IMG/VR virus record: IMGVR_UViG_3300005683_000016
Span: 64,001 to 128,000 of that record
Length of the DNA stretch: 64,000 nt
Reading direction: 5' to 3' (one strand)
DNA from: a virus
Below, piece by piece: positions 16,483 to 26,022 of the stretch. Every line of letters begins with the position of its first letter. The stretch's first letter is position 1. The position numbers were made by a program, and so were the translations under genes. Below the pieces are notes generated by a model. That model made no database searches, had not been told where the DNA came from, and saw nothing but the letters and a program-made list of their open reading frames with translations.

Positions 16483-16866
16483 ATGAATCAACCAATCATT
16501 TTCAACAAAAATAACCCAACAGAAAAATACATTATTACCGAAAAATGGGAGTTTAACCCCAACGGTATAACCGTCTTTGATATGGAAGTTGGAGGAATCA
16601 CAGATAACGGATTTTACCATTTTTCAGAAATCGAAAATTGGAAAAATTTAGTTAAGCAGGATTTAAAACCTAAAGTCGTAGAAGCAATTCAATCACAAAA
16701 CCTTGAAAAGGTATTATCGTTGCTTCATTTTATGTCAGATAACGGTGTATTATATCAAGGAAGATATAACGCTCTAAAGAAACAGTATACTATGGGCATG
16801 ATTGAATCCTCAGAATATACAAGAGGAATTGCTCAAATAGGTTACGACATTTTGAAAAAATTTTAA
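16483..16866 (+). CDS. Protein with C-terminal EAD11-like (effector-associated) domain
   Basis: VVEAIQSQNLEKVLSLL...LYQGRYNALKKQYTMGMIESSEY...AQIGYDIL. Confidence 0.6.
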   Translation: MNQPIIFNKNNPTEKYIITEKWEFNPNGITVFDMEVGGITDNGFYHFSEIENWKNLVKQDLKPKVVEAIQSQNLEKVLSLLHFMSDNGVLYQGRYNALKKQYTMGMIESSEYTRGIAQIGYDILKKF

Positions 16867-16944
16867 AAACCATTGTTAAACACCCACCCCAAAATTCCAA
16901 ATGATTTATTAGTTATTGAGGAGCGGGTTTATTAAAAAAATTGT

Positions 16945-17379
16945 ATGAAAATACCAGAACAATTTATCAATAAAAATCAACTTAAAAACCTTCCTATAGG
17001 TGCTATAGGCTATGCTGTTCCTTGGGTAATGTGGGTAGATATGGAAGGGAATGCTTTTCTTAATGAGAATTACGATTTACACCCTTCAAAAGGAGGTACA
17101 GTAAATCTTCAGATTACAAAAGTACCTGAAGGATATGTTGTGCATTTAGATAAATTCAGGTATTATGACAGAGAATATACTTGGACAAAACAAGAAAGTC
17201 CAGGATTTGCTTCCCCAAACGAAGTTTGCTATGGTAGAGTAGTTGCTTTTTCAGATAAAGAATATCAAGCATTGCAAAAAGATCCTGAGAGAATTAGGAA
17301 TCTTATTAACGAATGTATTCTTAACGAGAATTATGAACAAGCAAGAGAGTACCAAAACATTCTCGATCAATTGAATTAA
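16945..17379 (+). CDS. Hypothetical protein with C-terminal UVR (UvrB/C) motif
   Basis: LINECILNENYEQAREYQNILDQL. Confidence 0.6.
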   Translation: MKIPEQFINKNQLKNLPIGAIGYAVPWVMWVDMEGNAFLNENYDLHPSKGGTVNLQITKVPEGYVVHLDKFRYYDREYTWTKQESPGFASPNEVCYGRVVAFSDKEYQALQKDPERIRNLINECILNENYEQAREYQNILDQLN

Positions 17380-17386
17380 CTGGTTT

Positions 17387-17472
17387 GCTCCTGTGGCGAA
17401 ATTGGCAGCACGCTGCGGTCTTAAACACCGTTGGAGAAATCCGTAAGGGTTCAAGTCCCTTCAGGAGCACCA
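17387..17472 (+). tRNA. tRNA-Leu (TAA)
   Basis: GCTCCTG/CAGGAGC acceptor, anticodon loop CTTAAAC, long variable arm, TTCAAGT T loop, encoded CCA. Confidence 0.9.
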
Positions 17473-17606
17473 AACATTATTTTATGAACATTTACAACCG
17501 CATCAGAAAACGTACATCTTGGAAAACCAAATTAAAAGTTTGGGTCAAGATGCGTATTTTATTAATTTATAATTACTTTAAACAATGAGAACTTAGAACT
17601 TATAAA

Positions 17607-17694
17607 GGCCCCGTAACACATCATCGTTCTAAGGTGACGCTTAAAAGAGTGTAATTGGAAACAGCGTTTGGGAGTTCGAGTCTCTCCGGGGTCA
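17607..17694 (+). tRNA. Atypical tRNA-like gene with no D arm (apparent anticodon TCT, Arg)
   Basis: GGCCCCG/CGGGGTC acceptor, GGGAG-TTCGAGT-CTCTC T arm, TCATC/GGTGA stem with 7-nt loop GTTCTAA; only 7 nt where the D arm belongs. Confidence 0.6.
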
Positions 17695-17707
17695 CGCTAT
17701 TTGTTTT

Positions 17708-17739
17708 ATCCGTTTGTTGTAAAATGAACGGATTTTTTT
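17708..17739 (+). terminator. Intrinsic terminator after tRNA genes
   Basis: ATCCGTT...AACGGAT followed by T tract. Confidence 0.75.
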
Positions 17740-17760
17740 GTTTTACAAACATCAGATTAA

Positions 17761-18006
17761 ATGAACAATTCTCAATTTGCAATCCTCCTATTAATTATAG
17801 TAGGAGGGTTGTTTTTCTTTCTCACAAAGCATCGTTCAGAAGATGCTGAACTCAAAATCGCCAAGGAAGTACTTGGCTCTGACAAAAGAATGTGGAATCT
17901 ATTTAATGTTTCCTATTCTAATTATAAACGTGGCAAAATAGTAGCACTTCTTGTTGCTGCTATCTTTGCTATTATCGTTGTATATGTAATTTTACCTGCA
18001 AAATAG
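17761..18006 (+). CDS. Small membrane protein
   Basis: Two hydrophobic segments. Confidence 0.6.
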   Translation: MNNSQFAILLLIIVGGLFFFLTKHRSEDAELKIAKEVLGSDKRMWNLFNVSYSNYKRGKIVALLVAAIFAIIVVYVILPAK

Positions 18007-18016
18007 AAAATATGAA

Positions 18017-18832
18017 ATGAATAAAGTAAGTCGTCAAATCAGTTACGTTCCTGTTGTATACAGGAATAAAGAAATCAAAATCAAATTAATCCCATCAATA
18101 ACTCTATTGGTGGGATTTTTTATTTTATCTATAGGATGTGGAAAGGCATTGTTTTCTACTCATACAGTAATTAAAGAAGCAGTTCCTTATAAAGTGGTGG
18201 AACGAGATACTGTTATCAAAACAGTAACCAAAATTAAAGTAGTAGAAAAACCAGATCCTCTTAGCAAGAGAATTGTTAGGGATTTTACTAAAAGTTACAA
18301 AAGCCTCCCAATTGAGAATAAAAATACTGCTGCTAAGTATAAAGGATATACTCCTTACCAAATTATGATGTGGCACTTAAAAGCACACGAAAGTTTTAGA
18401 CCTCATCAATATCCTGATGGAGATTATCCTTCTAAAGGATTCGGTTTAAATCTTAGTCCAGAACACATTGCGTGGGCCAAATCTCAATTAGGATTTCATC
18501 CTAAAAAAAGAGACTGGACATTTGAAGAGGGTCAGAAATTGTTAATTGCGTACTGTAAAGAACATACGCTCGACCCACTTAGGAAACAATATCCTAAATT
18601 AAATCAGTTTCAAATTGTTGCTTATGCTTGTCATAAATACAACACAGGTAACACAAGAAACTTTGGATTTTGTTGTGGAGGTAAGTCTACAAAAATGAGA
18701 TGTGGAAGGAAAAGTAAAGCACATCATGCTCGTAGAGTATTTGAAGTGCAATTATTTAACGGAACATTACCTGCTTCTAAGATTGAAGCAGATCGTGTTA
18801 AAGCAATAAATCTACAACAAACATATCAATAA
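18017..18832 (+). CDS. Membrane-anchored lysozyme-like protein (GH24-like)
   Basis: TM segment; LKAHESFRPHQYPDGDYPSKGFG, YN.G, RRVFEVQLF. Confidence 0.6.
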   Translation: MNKVSRQISYVPVVYRNKEIKIKLIPSITLLVGFFILSIGCGKALFSTHTVIKEAVPYKVVERDTVIKTVTKIKVVEKPDPLSKRIVRDFTKSYKSLPIENKNTAAKYKGYTPYQIMMWHLKAHESFRPHQYPDGDYPSKGFGLNLSPEHIAWAKSQLGFHPKKRDWTFEEGQKLLIAYCKEHTLDPLRKQYPKLNQFQIVAYACHKYNTGNTRNFGFCCGGKSTKMRCGRKSKAHHARRVFEVQLFNGTLPASKIEADRVKAINLQQTYQ

Positions 18833-19376
18833 TATTATGGGAGGAATCGAAGTATTTGAATTTGAAGGAAATATGAAACTTGTTTATAAAGTGGCATTAT
18901 ATTTTCCTCAAGACATAACCGCTTTAAATGAAATGGCAACCAATTTAGAAAAAATAGCACAGTGGAACGGGTTTGTTCTGAAAAGTACTGTACAAGTAAA
19001 CTATGGTGTCAAACCTCGTAGAGATGGTTTAATTACTCTGTATATAGACGTAGAATATAAAGAAAATCATCCTTTTAGAACCACTACTTCTTTGTTAGGA
19101 TGAAAATTTTTCTTATATTAAGTGTTATTGGTATCTGTTTATGGGAATCTTATTCACCTCTCCCTGATTTTAGTAAGAAAGAGTTCGAATATTATTATCC
19201 CATTTGTTCACAATTTAAATCAAACGTACCTGTATCTATTTTGATTCTTTACAAGATTCAATCTAAAGATCAGGTACGTTTGTTTAAGAAAAAACATTTA
19301 CTTAGATCAAAATCTTTAAAGGACTGGATTCAATATATGAATCTTTCTGACGAAGAAATTGAAAAATTACTAAAAT

Positions 19377-19961
19377 ATGAGAATTACGAAAACAGTCTTC
19401 GTAGTCGTAGTTCTTCTATTAGGATATACCGTTAACTCTTATACTGTTGAGTTGGGTTCTCCTCGAATAGAAGAACCTGAAACAATCGAAGAGAAATACA
19501 AAGTGATACAAGAATGGAGTCACGGGCTAAAAGAAAAAGGATTGATTTCGATTAGTCCTGATTCTTTTGCTAAGGCTGCAATTATTGTAATGTGGTGCGA
19601 AAGTAGACTTGAAACTAAATCTCAAGATAAGTTGGGAAGTCAAGGATTAAATCAACTGCTTCCTTCTACAAGAAAGTTGATTGGTGCTCCTAATGATATT
19701 CGAAATAAATCATTTAGAGAACATCTTGAATACTTTGAGGCCTACCTTGTATTAACTGGAAAGAGCAATCAAATCGAGTGTAGTATAGATCTCCACGCAC
19801 TTAATTTTGCACCATCAAGATTTCACAAAGAAGTGTTTTGCAAGACTTCTAAAGGGTTAAAGGCCCTTGACAAGAATCAAGACGGTGTAATCAGTCGTCA
19901 AGATTTACACTTGTTTCAACAAAAGAAAATTATAAAAAATTCTTTTTTAAAATCTCTATAA
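19377..19961 (+). CDS. Lytic transglycosylase-like (SLT) protein
   Basis: MWCESRL...GSQGLNQL; C-terminal LDKNQDGVIS. Confidence 0.6.
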   Translation: MRITKTVFVVVVLLLGYTVNSYTVELGSPRIEEPETIEEKYKVIQEWSHGLKEKGLISISPDSFAKAAIIVMWCESRLETKSQDKLGSQGLNQLLPSTRKLIGAPNDIRNKSFREHLEYFEAYLVLTGKSNQIECSIDLHALNFAPSRFHKEVFCKTSKGLKALDKNQDGVISRQDLHLFQQKKIIKNSFLKSL

Positions 19962-20475
19962 CAAACCAAATGGAAAGGCCCGTAGCATATTAATAACTAC
20001 ATTAAAGGTCAGGAAAAATGACAATAGAAGAAAAAGTTCAGTTTCTTAAGTCTTATACAAATGAAGCATGGTATTATGAATACATGCTACAAAATGAAAA
20101 AGACGAGAAAAGAAAAGAGTTGATCATCAAAAAAATTAACGACACTTATGCGTATATTGTCGCACAAGATTCTAACTTACACCAACTATGAAGTACAGTT
20201 TTTTAACTAAGATACAAGTCTATCTTGTGTCTCTATTTTCAATCTTTAAATTGTTTAAAAAATGACTATCCTTACAATAATACTACTTATAGCAGGTATA
20301 ATTGGTTTGTTTGGAGGACTCCTTTCTTTCCTCGGTATATTTGATTATACCGATGATTGACCCACACTATTGTCACCTATCAAAAGCAAGGAACGATAAT
20401 GATGGTAGTAGGTTTTATTCTACTAATATTATCGTTTGGAAATATTTATCACTAATCTTGTTTAATTTAATTAAT

Positions 20476-20835
20476 ATGAAACGTATTTTTAGTATCGTCT
20501 TTTTTTTGACAGTGTGGTTTACCTGTCAGAGTCAAAATTTTAGTTTGGTTTCCCCATCATTCCAAGATGAACCTCTTGTAATGATTGATAACAACGGAGA
20601 GTTTTTGTTTGAAAAACCTTACCAAACTTCAAACAGTGAGTATCTTCCGTACACTCGAATTGTACATCAAAATAATGAGATCGAGATCAACCTTGGTGGT
20701 AGTTATGTAATGTGTATTTCATTGACAGAAGACTGTCAGTGGATTTCCAAATATGATCTCTACCAAGATTGGAATTGGATTGAAGGGTTTGTTTTCGTAA
20801 TCGCGGAAGATGTTATTATGTATGGAAAAGATTAA
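20476..20835 (+). CDS. Secreted hypothetical protein
   Basis: Signal peptide MKRIFSIVFFL. Confidence 0.6.
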   Translation: MKRIFSIVFFLTVWFTCQSQNFSLVSPSFQDEPLVMIDNNGEFLFEKPYQTSNSEYLPYTRIVHQNNEIEINLGGSYVMCISLTEDCQWISKYDLYQDWNWIEGFVFVIAEDVIMYGKD

Positions 20836-21036
20836 TGCTTTAACAGCAATGAAAGCAATAACAGCCATAGTATGTGTATTGTATACTTTGGCTTATTTCG
20901 AAGAAGGATGGACAATTCTACAGTTGGTAGAAAAAGTTCTCTCTTCTTTGTGTGTAATATGGGTGTCATATTCGCTTGGTTGGTTCCAAGCGATGTCGCA
21001 GATAAAATAAATTTTTTCATGTGAATAATTTTGTTG

Positions 21037-21068
21037 AACCTCCTTGATGAAAATCAAGGAGGTTTTTT
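21037..21068 (+). terminator. Intrinsic terminator
   Basis: AACCTCCTTGAT-GAAA-ATCAAGGAGGTT followed by T tract. Confidence 0.85.
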
Positions 21069-21101
21069 CTTTTGAACTTTTCACTTTTAAATAGTATAAA
21101 A

Positions 21102-21473
21102 ATGTTCTTTGTAGTTAAAGTAAACATGTTTAACGGTACTACCGACAATCCTGCTCGTCCTGACAAAAACGGACTTTATCCAGTGCTTTTGACCTCTTAT
21201 AACGGTACAATTCCTTCTAACACAAGAGTTATCGCAGGTACAGTTGCACATAGGGCTGGGCTGGAACCTGGTAAAAACTTTGCAATCCAATTGACTAAAA
21301 CGAGTGTTGATCCTCAATACGGAGATCGGTATCAAATTGATGTAATCGGTGAAGTAACTACACTGGAAATTGTTACCAAGATTCGTGAATTTGGTCAAGG
21401 TCAGGTTCAAGTTGCTCCCGGAGTAAAATCTGAAACACGGGTGTTGGATACCGTAACAGTTGAAGAAGACTAA
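21102..21473 (+). CDS. Phage hypothetical protein
   Basis: ORF with acidic tail; downstream hairpin 21493-21514. Confidence 0.7.
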   Translation: MFFVVKVNMFNGTTDNPARPDKNGLYPVLLTSYNGTIPSNTRVIAGTVAHRAGLEPGKNFAIQLTKTSVDPQYGDRYQIDVIGEVTTLEIVTKIREFGQGQVQVAPGVKSETRVLDTVTVEED

Positions 21474-21527
21474 TTTAATTTCTAATTTAACCGGGAGGAG
21501 GTAACACTCCTCCCAAAACTTTCTTAT

Positions 21528-22031
21528 ATGATAATGACACCTATGAGCAAAGTACTGCTCAATCTTTTGGTATCTCATCAATACTTTATTAAAAAGGGAA
21601 AAACCGAGGCTGCTAAGTTTGTAGAGTCGCAAATCCTTGCTTTCTATAATAGTAAATGCGGAGAAATTTCCAGCCAAGTATATTGGCTTGAAACTGAAGG
21701 GTATATCTTGAGAGATGGGAAGATCACTAAAAAAGGACGGCAGGTAATTGCACCTGTTGAGCAAGTGATTCAACAAGAGTCTTTTCTTGATACTCTTTAC
21801 GAACTTCCATCAAACACTTTGATTAAATTGATGTCCGATGTCCTCACAATTTCAGCAGATAGAATTCGAGAAGAAGGGATTGAGATTGTAAGTCAAGACT
21901 GCGTAGATGCCCTTAATAATATGAACGAAGTGTACAACCGTTGTATCACTCCGTTTGTACTTGACGACAGTGTTGTAGAAGACGAAGATATGTTCCATGA
22001 AGAAGTTGTCACTCAACTGCAAATGGCATAG
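21528..22031 (+). CDS. Hypothetical protein
   Basis: ORF track. Confidence 0.7.
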   Translation: MIMTPMSKVLLNLLVSHQYFIKKGKTEAAKFVESQILAFYNSKCGEISSQVYWLETEGYILRDGKITKKGRQVIAPVEQVIQQESFLDTLYELPSNTLIKLMSDVLTISADRIREEGIEIVSQDCVDALNNMNEVYNRCITPFVLDDSVVEDEDMFHEEVVTQLQMA

Positions 22032-22053
22032 GGTTATTTTGGTGAAAATTGAT

Positions 22054-22091
22054 AGGAAGGTAAGTAGCAATATTTACCTTCCTTATTTTTT
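22054..22091 (+). terminator. Intrinsic terminator
   Basis: AGGAAGGTAAGTA-GCAA-TATTTACCTTCCT followed by T tract. Confidence 0.85.
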
Positions 22092-22109
22092 AATTTCTAA
22101 AACAAAAAA

Positions 22110-22475
22110 ATGAAATATATCATTTTTCTATTATTTTTGCCTCTTACCTTAAGAAGTCAAAATACGACTTCTTATGAGTCCTACTTTCAGACTATTACTG
22201 ACAACGAATCTGTAAACATCTATCACGTTAAAATGGTAATTAAAGTGACAGATGATTACGTAGAAGTTCTTAGTGATGTAGAAAGCGAGTTTATGTCACT
22301 TGCTAAAGTTGAAGTAGAATGGCAATTAGGAACAGGATTTTTAATGTCTGCTAATAAAGAACATACTGTGTTCTATTATCCTAAAATTAATAAACTTGTA
22401 ATTATCAATTTAAACAATCAAACAGAAAGTATATTTTATGGAAATATCCCAAAGTCCGTTGAAATCTCAAAATAA
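22110..22475 (+). CDS. Secreted hypothetical protein
   Basis: Signal peptide. Confidence 0.6.
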   Translation: MKYIIFLLFLPLTLRSQNTTSYESYFQTITDNESVNIYHVKMVIKVTDDYVEVLSDVESEFMSLAKVEVEWQLGTGFLMSANKEHTVFYYPKINKLVIINLNNQTESIFYGNIPKSVEISK

Positions 22476-22619
22476 TAAATTTAGAATTTATTAAAAATTG
22501 TCATACTTTTGTTCTGCTTTTGTAATATCAGTAACACAAAATAATAATTATATAGCCACACTCAAGGTATTACCAGGCTGGTATTACAAAAGCACTTGAG
22601 ATGTGGCTTTTTATTTATT

Positions 22620-23561
22620 ATGAAGATTAAAAGTTGGACAGTAGAACAGTTAAAGTTATTAAAAAATCATTATGCGGACTCTAATATAAGTATAAAGGAG
22701 TTAAGCAAACTCATTGGTAGATCAGAACAGGCTATTATCCAAAAGGCTTGTAAATTAAAAATTCATAGATTTAGTCAAATTAAGGATAGTAGTATAGAAT
22801 TTTTAAAAAATAATTATCATAATTTACAAATACCTCATAAAATCTTTGAAGCAGAGATTGGAAGGAGTTGGCCCACCATATTACTGCTTGCAAAAAGTTT
22901 AGGATTAAAGCGGACTATTTCTTATACACCCAACTCTAATTATTTTAATAGTATTGACTGTTGGGAAAAATCTTACATAATAGGATTATTTTGGGCTGAT
23001 GCGCATAATAGTATTATAGAAAATAGAATTTCAATAGGATTACAGGAGCAAGATAAGCATATTCTCGAATCAATCAATAATATCATACAAAAAGATACAC
23101 CTTTAATGTTTAAACCTGGTAGAATAGCGAAAGGTTATAGACAAAAAAGTAAAAATCAATATGTTCTTAGAATAAGAGACAAAACAATTTCTCAGAAACT
23201 GTTAGAATATGGAATGACTTCGAATAAAACTAAAACTTTAAAATTTCCAACTTGTATCCCTGATCAATTTCTTTCTGCTTTTATCTTAGGTTATTTTGAT
23301 GGAGATGGGTGTATTTATTTAGGTAAGAAATGTAGTAATAAAGTATCTATTTGTGGGACTCTAAGTATGTTAACGGAAATAAAGAGGATATTAATTGAAA
23401 ACTGTAATGTATCTGATGTTAAAATCAGACAAGTAGGAAATATATACGACATTGCTTGGAGTAAAAAAGAAGATTTAAAAAATATTAGAAGTTTTTTATA
23501 CTCAAATGCTACTTTATATTTACAACGAAAATATAATAAATTTCATTCTATAGAAAATTAA
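22620..23561 (+). CDS. LAGLIDADG homing endonuclease (two-motif)
   Basis: SYIIGLFWADAH and FILGYFDGDGC; own TACTTTTG element at 22504-22511. Confidence 0.85.
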   Translation: MKIKSWTVEQLKLLKNHYADSNISIKELSKLIGRSEQAIIQKACKLKIHRFSQIKDSSIEFLKNNYHNLQIPHKIFEAEIGRSWPTILLLAKSLGLKRTISYTPNSNYFNSIDCWEKSYIIGLFWADAHNSIIENRISIGLQEQDKHILESINNIIQKDTPLMFKPGRIAKGYRQKSKNQYVLRIRDKTISQKLLEYGMTSNKTKTLKFPTCIPDQFLSAFILGYFDGDGCIYLGKKCSNKVSICGTLSMLTEIKRILIENCNVSDVKIRQVGNIYDIAWSKKEDLKNIRSFLYSNATLYLQRKYNKFHSIEN

Positions 23562-23565
23562 CTAT

Positions 23566-24288
23566 ATGAATAATCTAATAACAATCAACGTTATCACATA
23601 TAATGAGTCTGTAATGATTCAGTTTTTTATTGACCATTACAGAAAAATGTTTCCTGATTGCAGAATCAGAGTATACGATAATTATTCTACAGATAATACG
23701 GTAGAGATTGCTTTAGCCAATAATTGCGAAGTAATACCTTATGATTCTGGTAATGAAATTAGAGATGATATTTATATTGATATAAAAAATAATTGTCACA
23801 AGTATTGTAATACTCCTTTTGTCTTTATTGGAGATTGTGACGAAATAGTATTTATAACTCAAGAACAGTTATTAAAAGAGCAAGAAAAAGGTACAACTGT
23901 TATTTCTTTTGAGGGGTGGAATATGATAACTATGAGTGATGATCCAGACATTATTGATTTAGATTTACATTGGGCCTCTCGTGCTTCGCAGTATGACAAA
24001 ATTTACATATACAATAGAGAAGAGATTTCTCATGTAAGTTATAGTGCGGGAGCACATTTTTGTGCTTTAACTGGTAATGTAAAATATAGTGAACACTTTT
24101 ATTTAATGTGTCATTTTAAAGCCCTTGGTTTAAATTATATGATTAATCGTCACACAGAATTCGGTAAGAGACTTAGTAAACAAAATTTAGTTGCTGGACA
24201 TGGTATACACTACCTTGATAGCGAACAACAGATTAGGAACAATTGGAAGTTTTATCAAACTCATCCAGATTTAGTTAAAGTGCTATGA
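23566..24288 (+). CDS. Glycosyltransferase family 2-like
   Basis: ITYNE, YDNYSTDNT, FIGDCDE. Confidence 0.85.
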   Translation: MNNLITINVITYNESVMIQFFIDHYRKMFPDCRIRVYDNYSTDNTVEIALANNCEVIPYDSGNEIRDDIYIDIKNNCHKYCNTPFVFIGDCDEIVFITQEQLLKEQEKGTTVISFEGWNMITMSDDPDIIDLDLHWASRASQYDKIYIYNREEISHVSYSAGAHFCALTGNVKYSEHFYLMCHFKALGLNYMINRHTEFGKRLSKQNLVAGHGIHYLDSEQQIRNNWKFYQTHPDLVKVL

Positions 24289-24932
24289 TAACTTTTTGTA
24301 TTACTTCTTGCGGAAGATGGAAATTACTCGAACAAACTTTAGATTCGTTTTTAAAGTTAAATATGTTTCCTATCGAGAAATTTATCCTCAATGAAGATAG
24401 TGGAGACACAGGAATTGTAAAGAGGATTTTGGATAAATATGGGGATAAATTTCACATTATTCGAAGTCCTAAAAACCAAGGACTACTTAAATCTGCTGAC
24501 AATCTAATGTCCTTGGTAGATACACCGTATGTATTTTGGGCAGAAGATGATTGGTTATTTCAAGGAAACTCTAATTTCATTCAGGAATCTTTGCAAATCT
24601 TATCTACAAGAGAAGACATTCATCAGGTATGGATAAGATCAGGTATTCCTAAAGACTGGCTTGAAACAGAGGATTTAGGAGGGTTTAGAATGGTTAAAGA
24701 TTGTCATTTTGGAGATTGGTGCGGATTTAGTTTCAATCCCGGTCTTCGAAGACTTAGAGATTACAAAATAATGTTTCCTCAAGGATATAATGCTTTAAAC
24801 ACTCATGGAACAAACTCTGCTCTTAATGAACACGAATGTAACCAAGTAGCATCTACTTTTGGTTACAGAGCAGCAATTTTAAACAATCCTTCTTGCCAAC
24901 ACATAGGAGAAGGTAAATCAACGTACAAATGA
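24285..24932 (+). CDS. Glycosyltransferase family 2-like
   Basis: ITSCGR, NEDSG, YVFWAEDDW, HIGEG. Confidence 0.85.
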   Translation: MITFCITSCGRWKLLEQTLDSFLKLNMFPIEKFILNEDSGDTGIVKRILDKYGDKFHIIRSPKNQGLLKSADNLMSLVDTPYVFWAEDDWLFQGNSNFIQESLQILSTREDIHQVWIRSGIPKDWLETEDLGGFRMVKDCHFGDWCGFSFNPGLRRLRDYKIMFPQGYNALNTHGTNSALNEHECNQVASTFGYRAAILNNPSCQHIGEGKSTYK

Positions 24933-25459
24933 TTGATATACATAATGCCTATGTAATGAAGCATGGAAACAAAGTCTGTATTGTTACTTTTATGGATGCA
25001 GATAGATTTCCTGTTAATTTTAGTCACGGGTTTGTAGAATGTACTACTCAGACAAATATTTATTCAAATATGCTTCCATACATTACAGTTAATGTAGACA
25101 CTTTAATTGATGCAGATGAATGGGGACTTAAAACAGATGGAATGCCGTGTAAAGGAGCAGGTCTTATTGGAATTGTTACCCGTGCGTTATTTTATATGAA
25201 ACGAGTAAAAGGATTTCTTGGAGGAATTTTGTATGAAGAAAAAATTATCAATATGATTGATACAAATATCAAAGAGTTTTGTCGGGTAGTAATTCGAATA
25301 AATGAGATAAATGAATACTTAGATAAAGAAAAAGAATCTTTTTATGACGGAAGACACTCATTTGAAGAGGTTTATTCAAATTCGATTAATGAATTAAAAG
25401 ATTTACAAAAAGAGTTTCTTTTTGTATTTACAGTGCTTAAAATAAAGACAGCAAATTAA
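24929..25459 (+). CDS. Hypothetical protein
   Basis: ORF in operon. Confidence 0.65.
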   Translation: MIDIHNAYVMKHGNKVCIVTFMDADRFPVNFSHGFVECTTQTNIYSNMLPYITVNVDTLIDADEWGLKTDGMPCKGAGLIGIVTRALFYMKRVKGFLGGILYEEKIINMIDTNIKEFCRVVIRINEINEYLDKEKESFYDGRHSFEEVYSNSINELKDLQKEFLFVFTVLKIKTAN

Positions 25460-25815
25460 TGACTGAATTAAAATTTTATAGATACGACTCTGTAGAATAT
25501 GCTTCATTAGACTTTGATGGAGACGCTATAGTTCCTCCTTTTCCAAATCCTACAATAGAATTGCGTACATTTGATCTATTTAAAGAAACTTCAAAAGGAT
25601 ATTGGATTATTTCAAGTGGTTTAAAATTTTTCTCTCGATACAAGAAATGGGTATCTAAAACTGCTAAAAAAAGATATGCTTATCCTTCTAAAAAAGAAGC
25701 ATTGAACAGTTTTATTAAACGAAATCAAAGAAGATTAGAAATACTTGAAAGACAACTTGAATTGTGTAAGGCAAACTTAGCAAAAGCAGAACTCATAAAA
25801 ACGGACGATAATTAA
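25459..25815 (+). CDS. Hypothetical phage protein
   Basis: KETSKGYWI...KWVSK..KKRYAYP pattern. Confidence 0.65.
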   Translation: MTELKFYRYDSVEYASLDFDGDAIVPPFPNPTIELRTFDLFKETSKGYWIISSGLKFFSRYKKWVSKTAKKRYAYPSKKEALNSFIKRNQRRLEILERQLELCKANLAKAELIKTDDN

Positions 25816-26022
25816 TGTTTAAAGTAAAAATCTATTATGAAAAATGAGCAATAAAAAAATATTTATTATTCTATTTATAACCCTACTTGTAATAGGACTC
25901 TGGTTTGTTCCTTTACTTGGATTTAAAGTTGTTTACGGTACATGGGGATTACTGTATGTTCCTATTTTTATAATTAATATGATGTGGTTTTCATACCTAA
26001 CAGAAGTCTTAAAGCAAGTAGA

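Noticed and set aside
17385-17849. ORFs 17385-17588 and 17655-17849
   Set aside because: They overlap the tRNA genes and terminator; at most a short internal ORF is real.
21087-21776. 229-aa minus-strand ORF and similar antisense ORFs (e.g. 42394-42900)
   Set aside because: Shadows of well-supported plus-strand genes.
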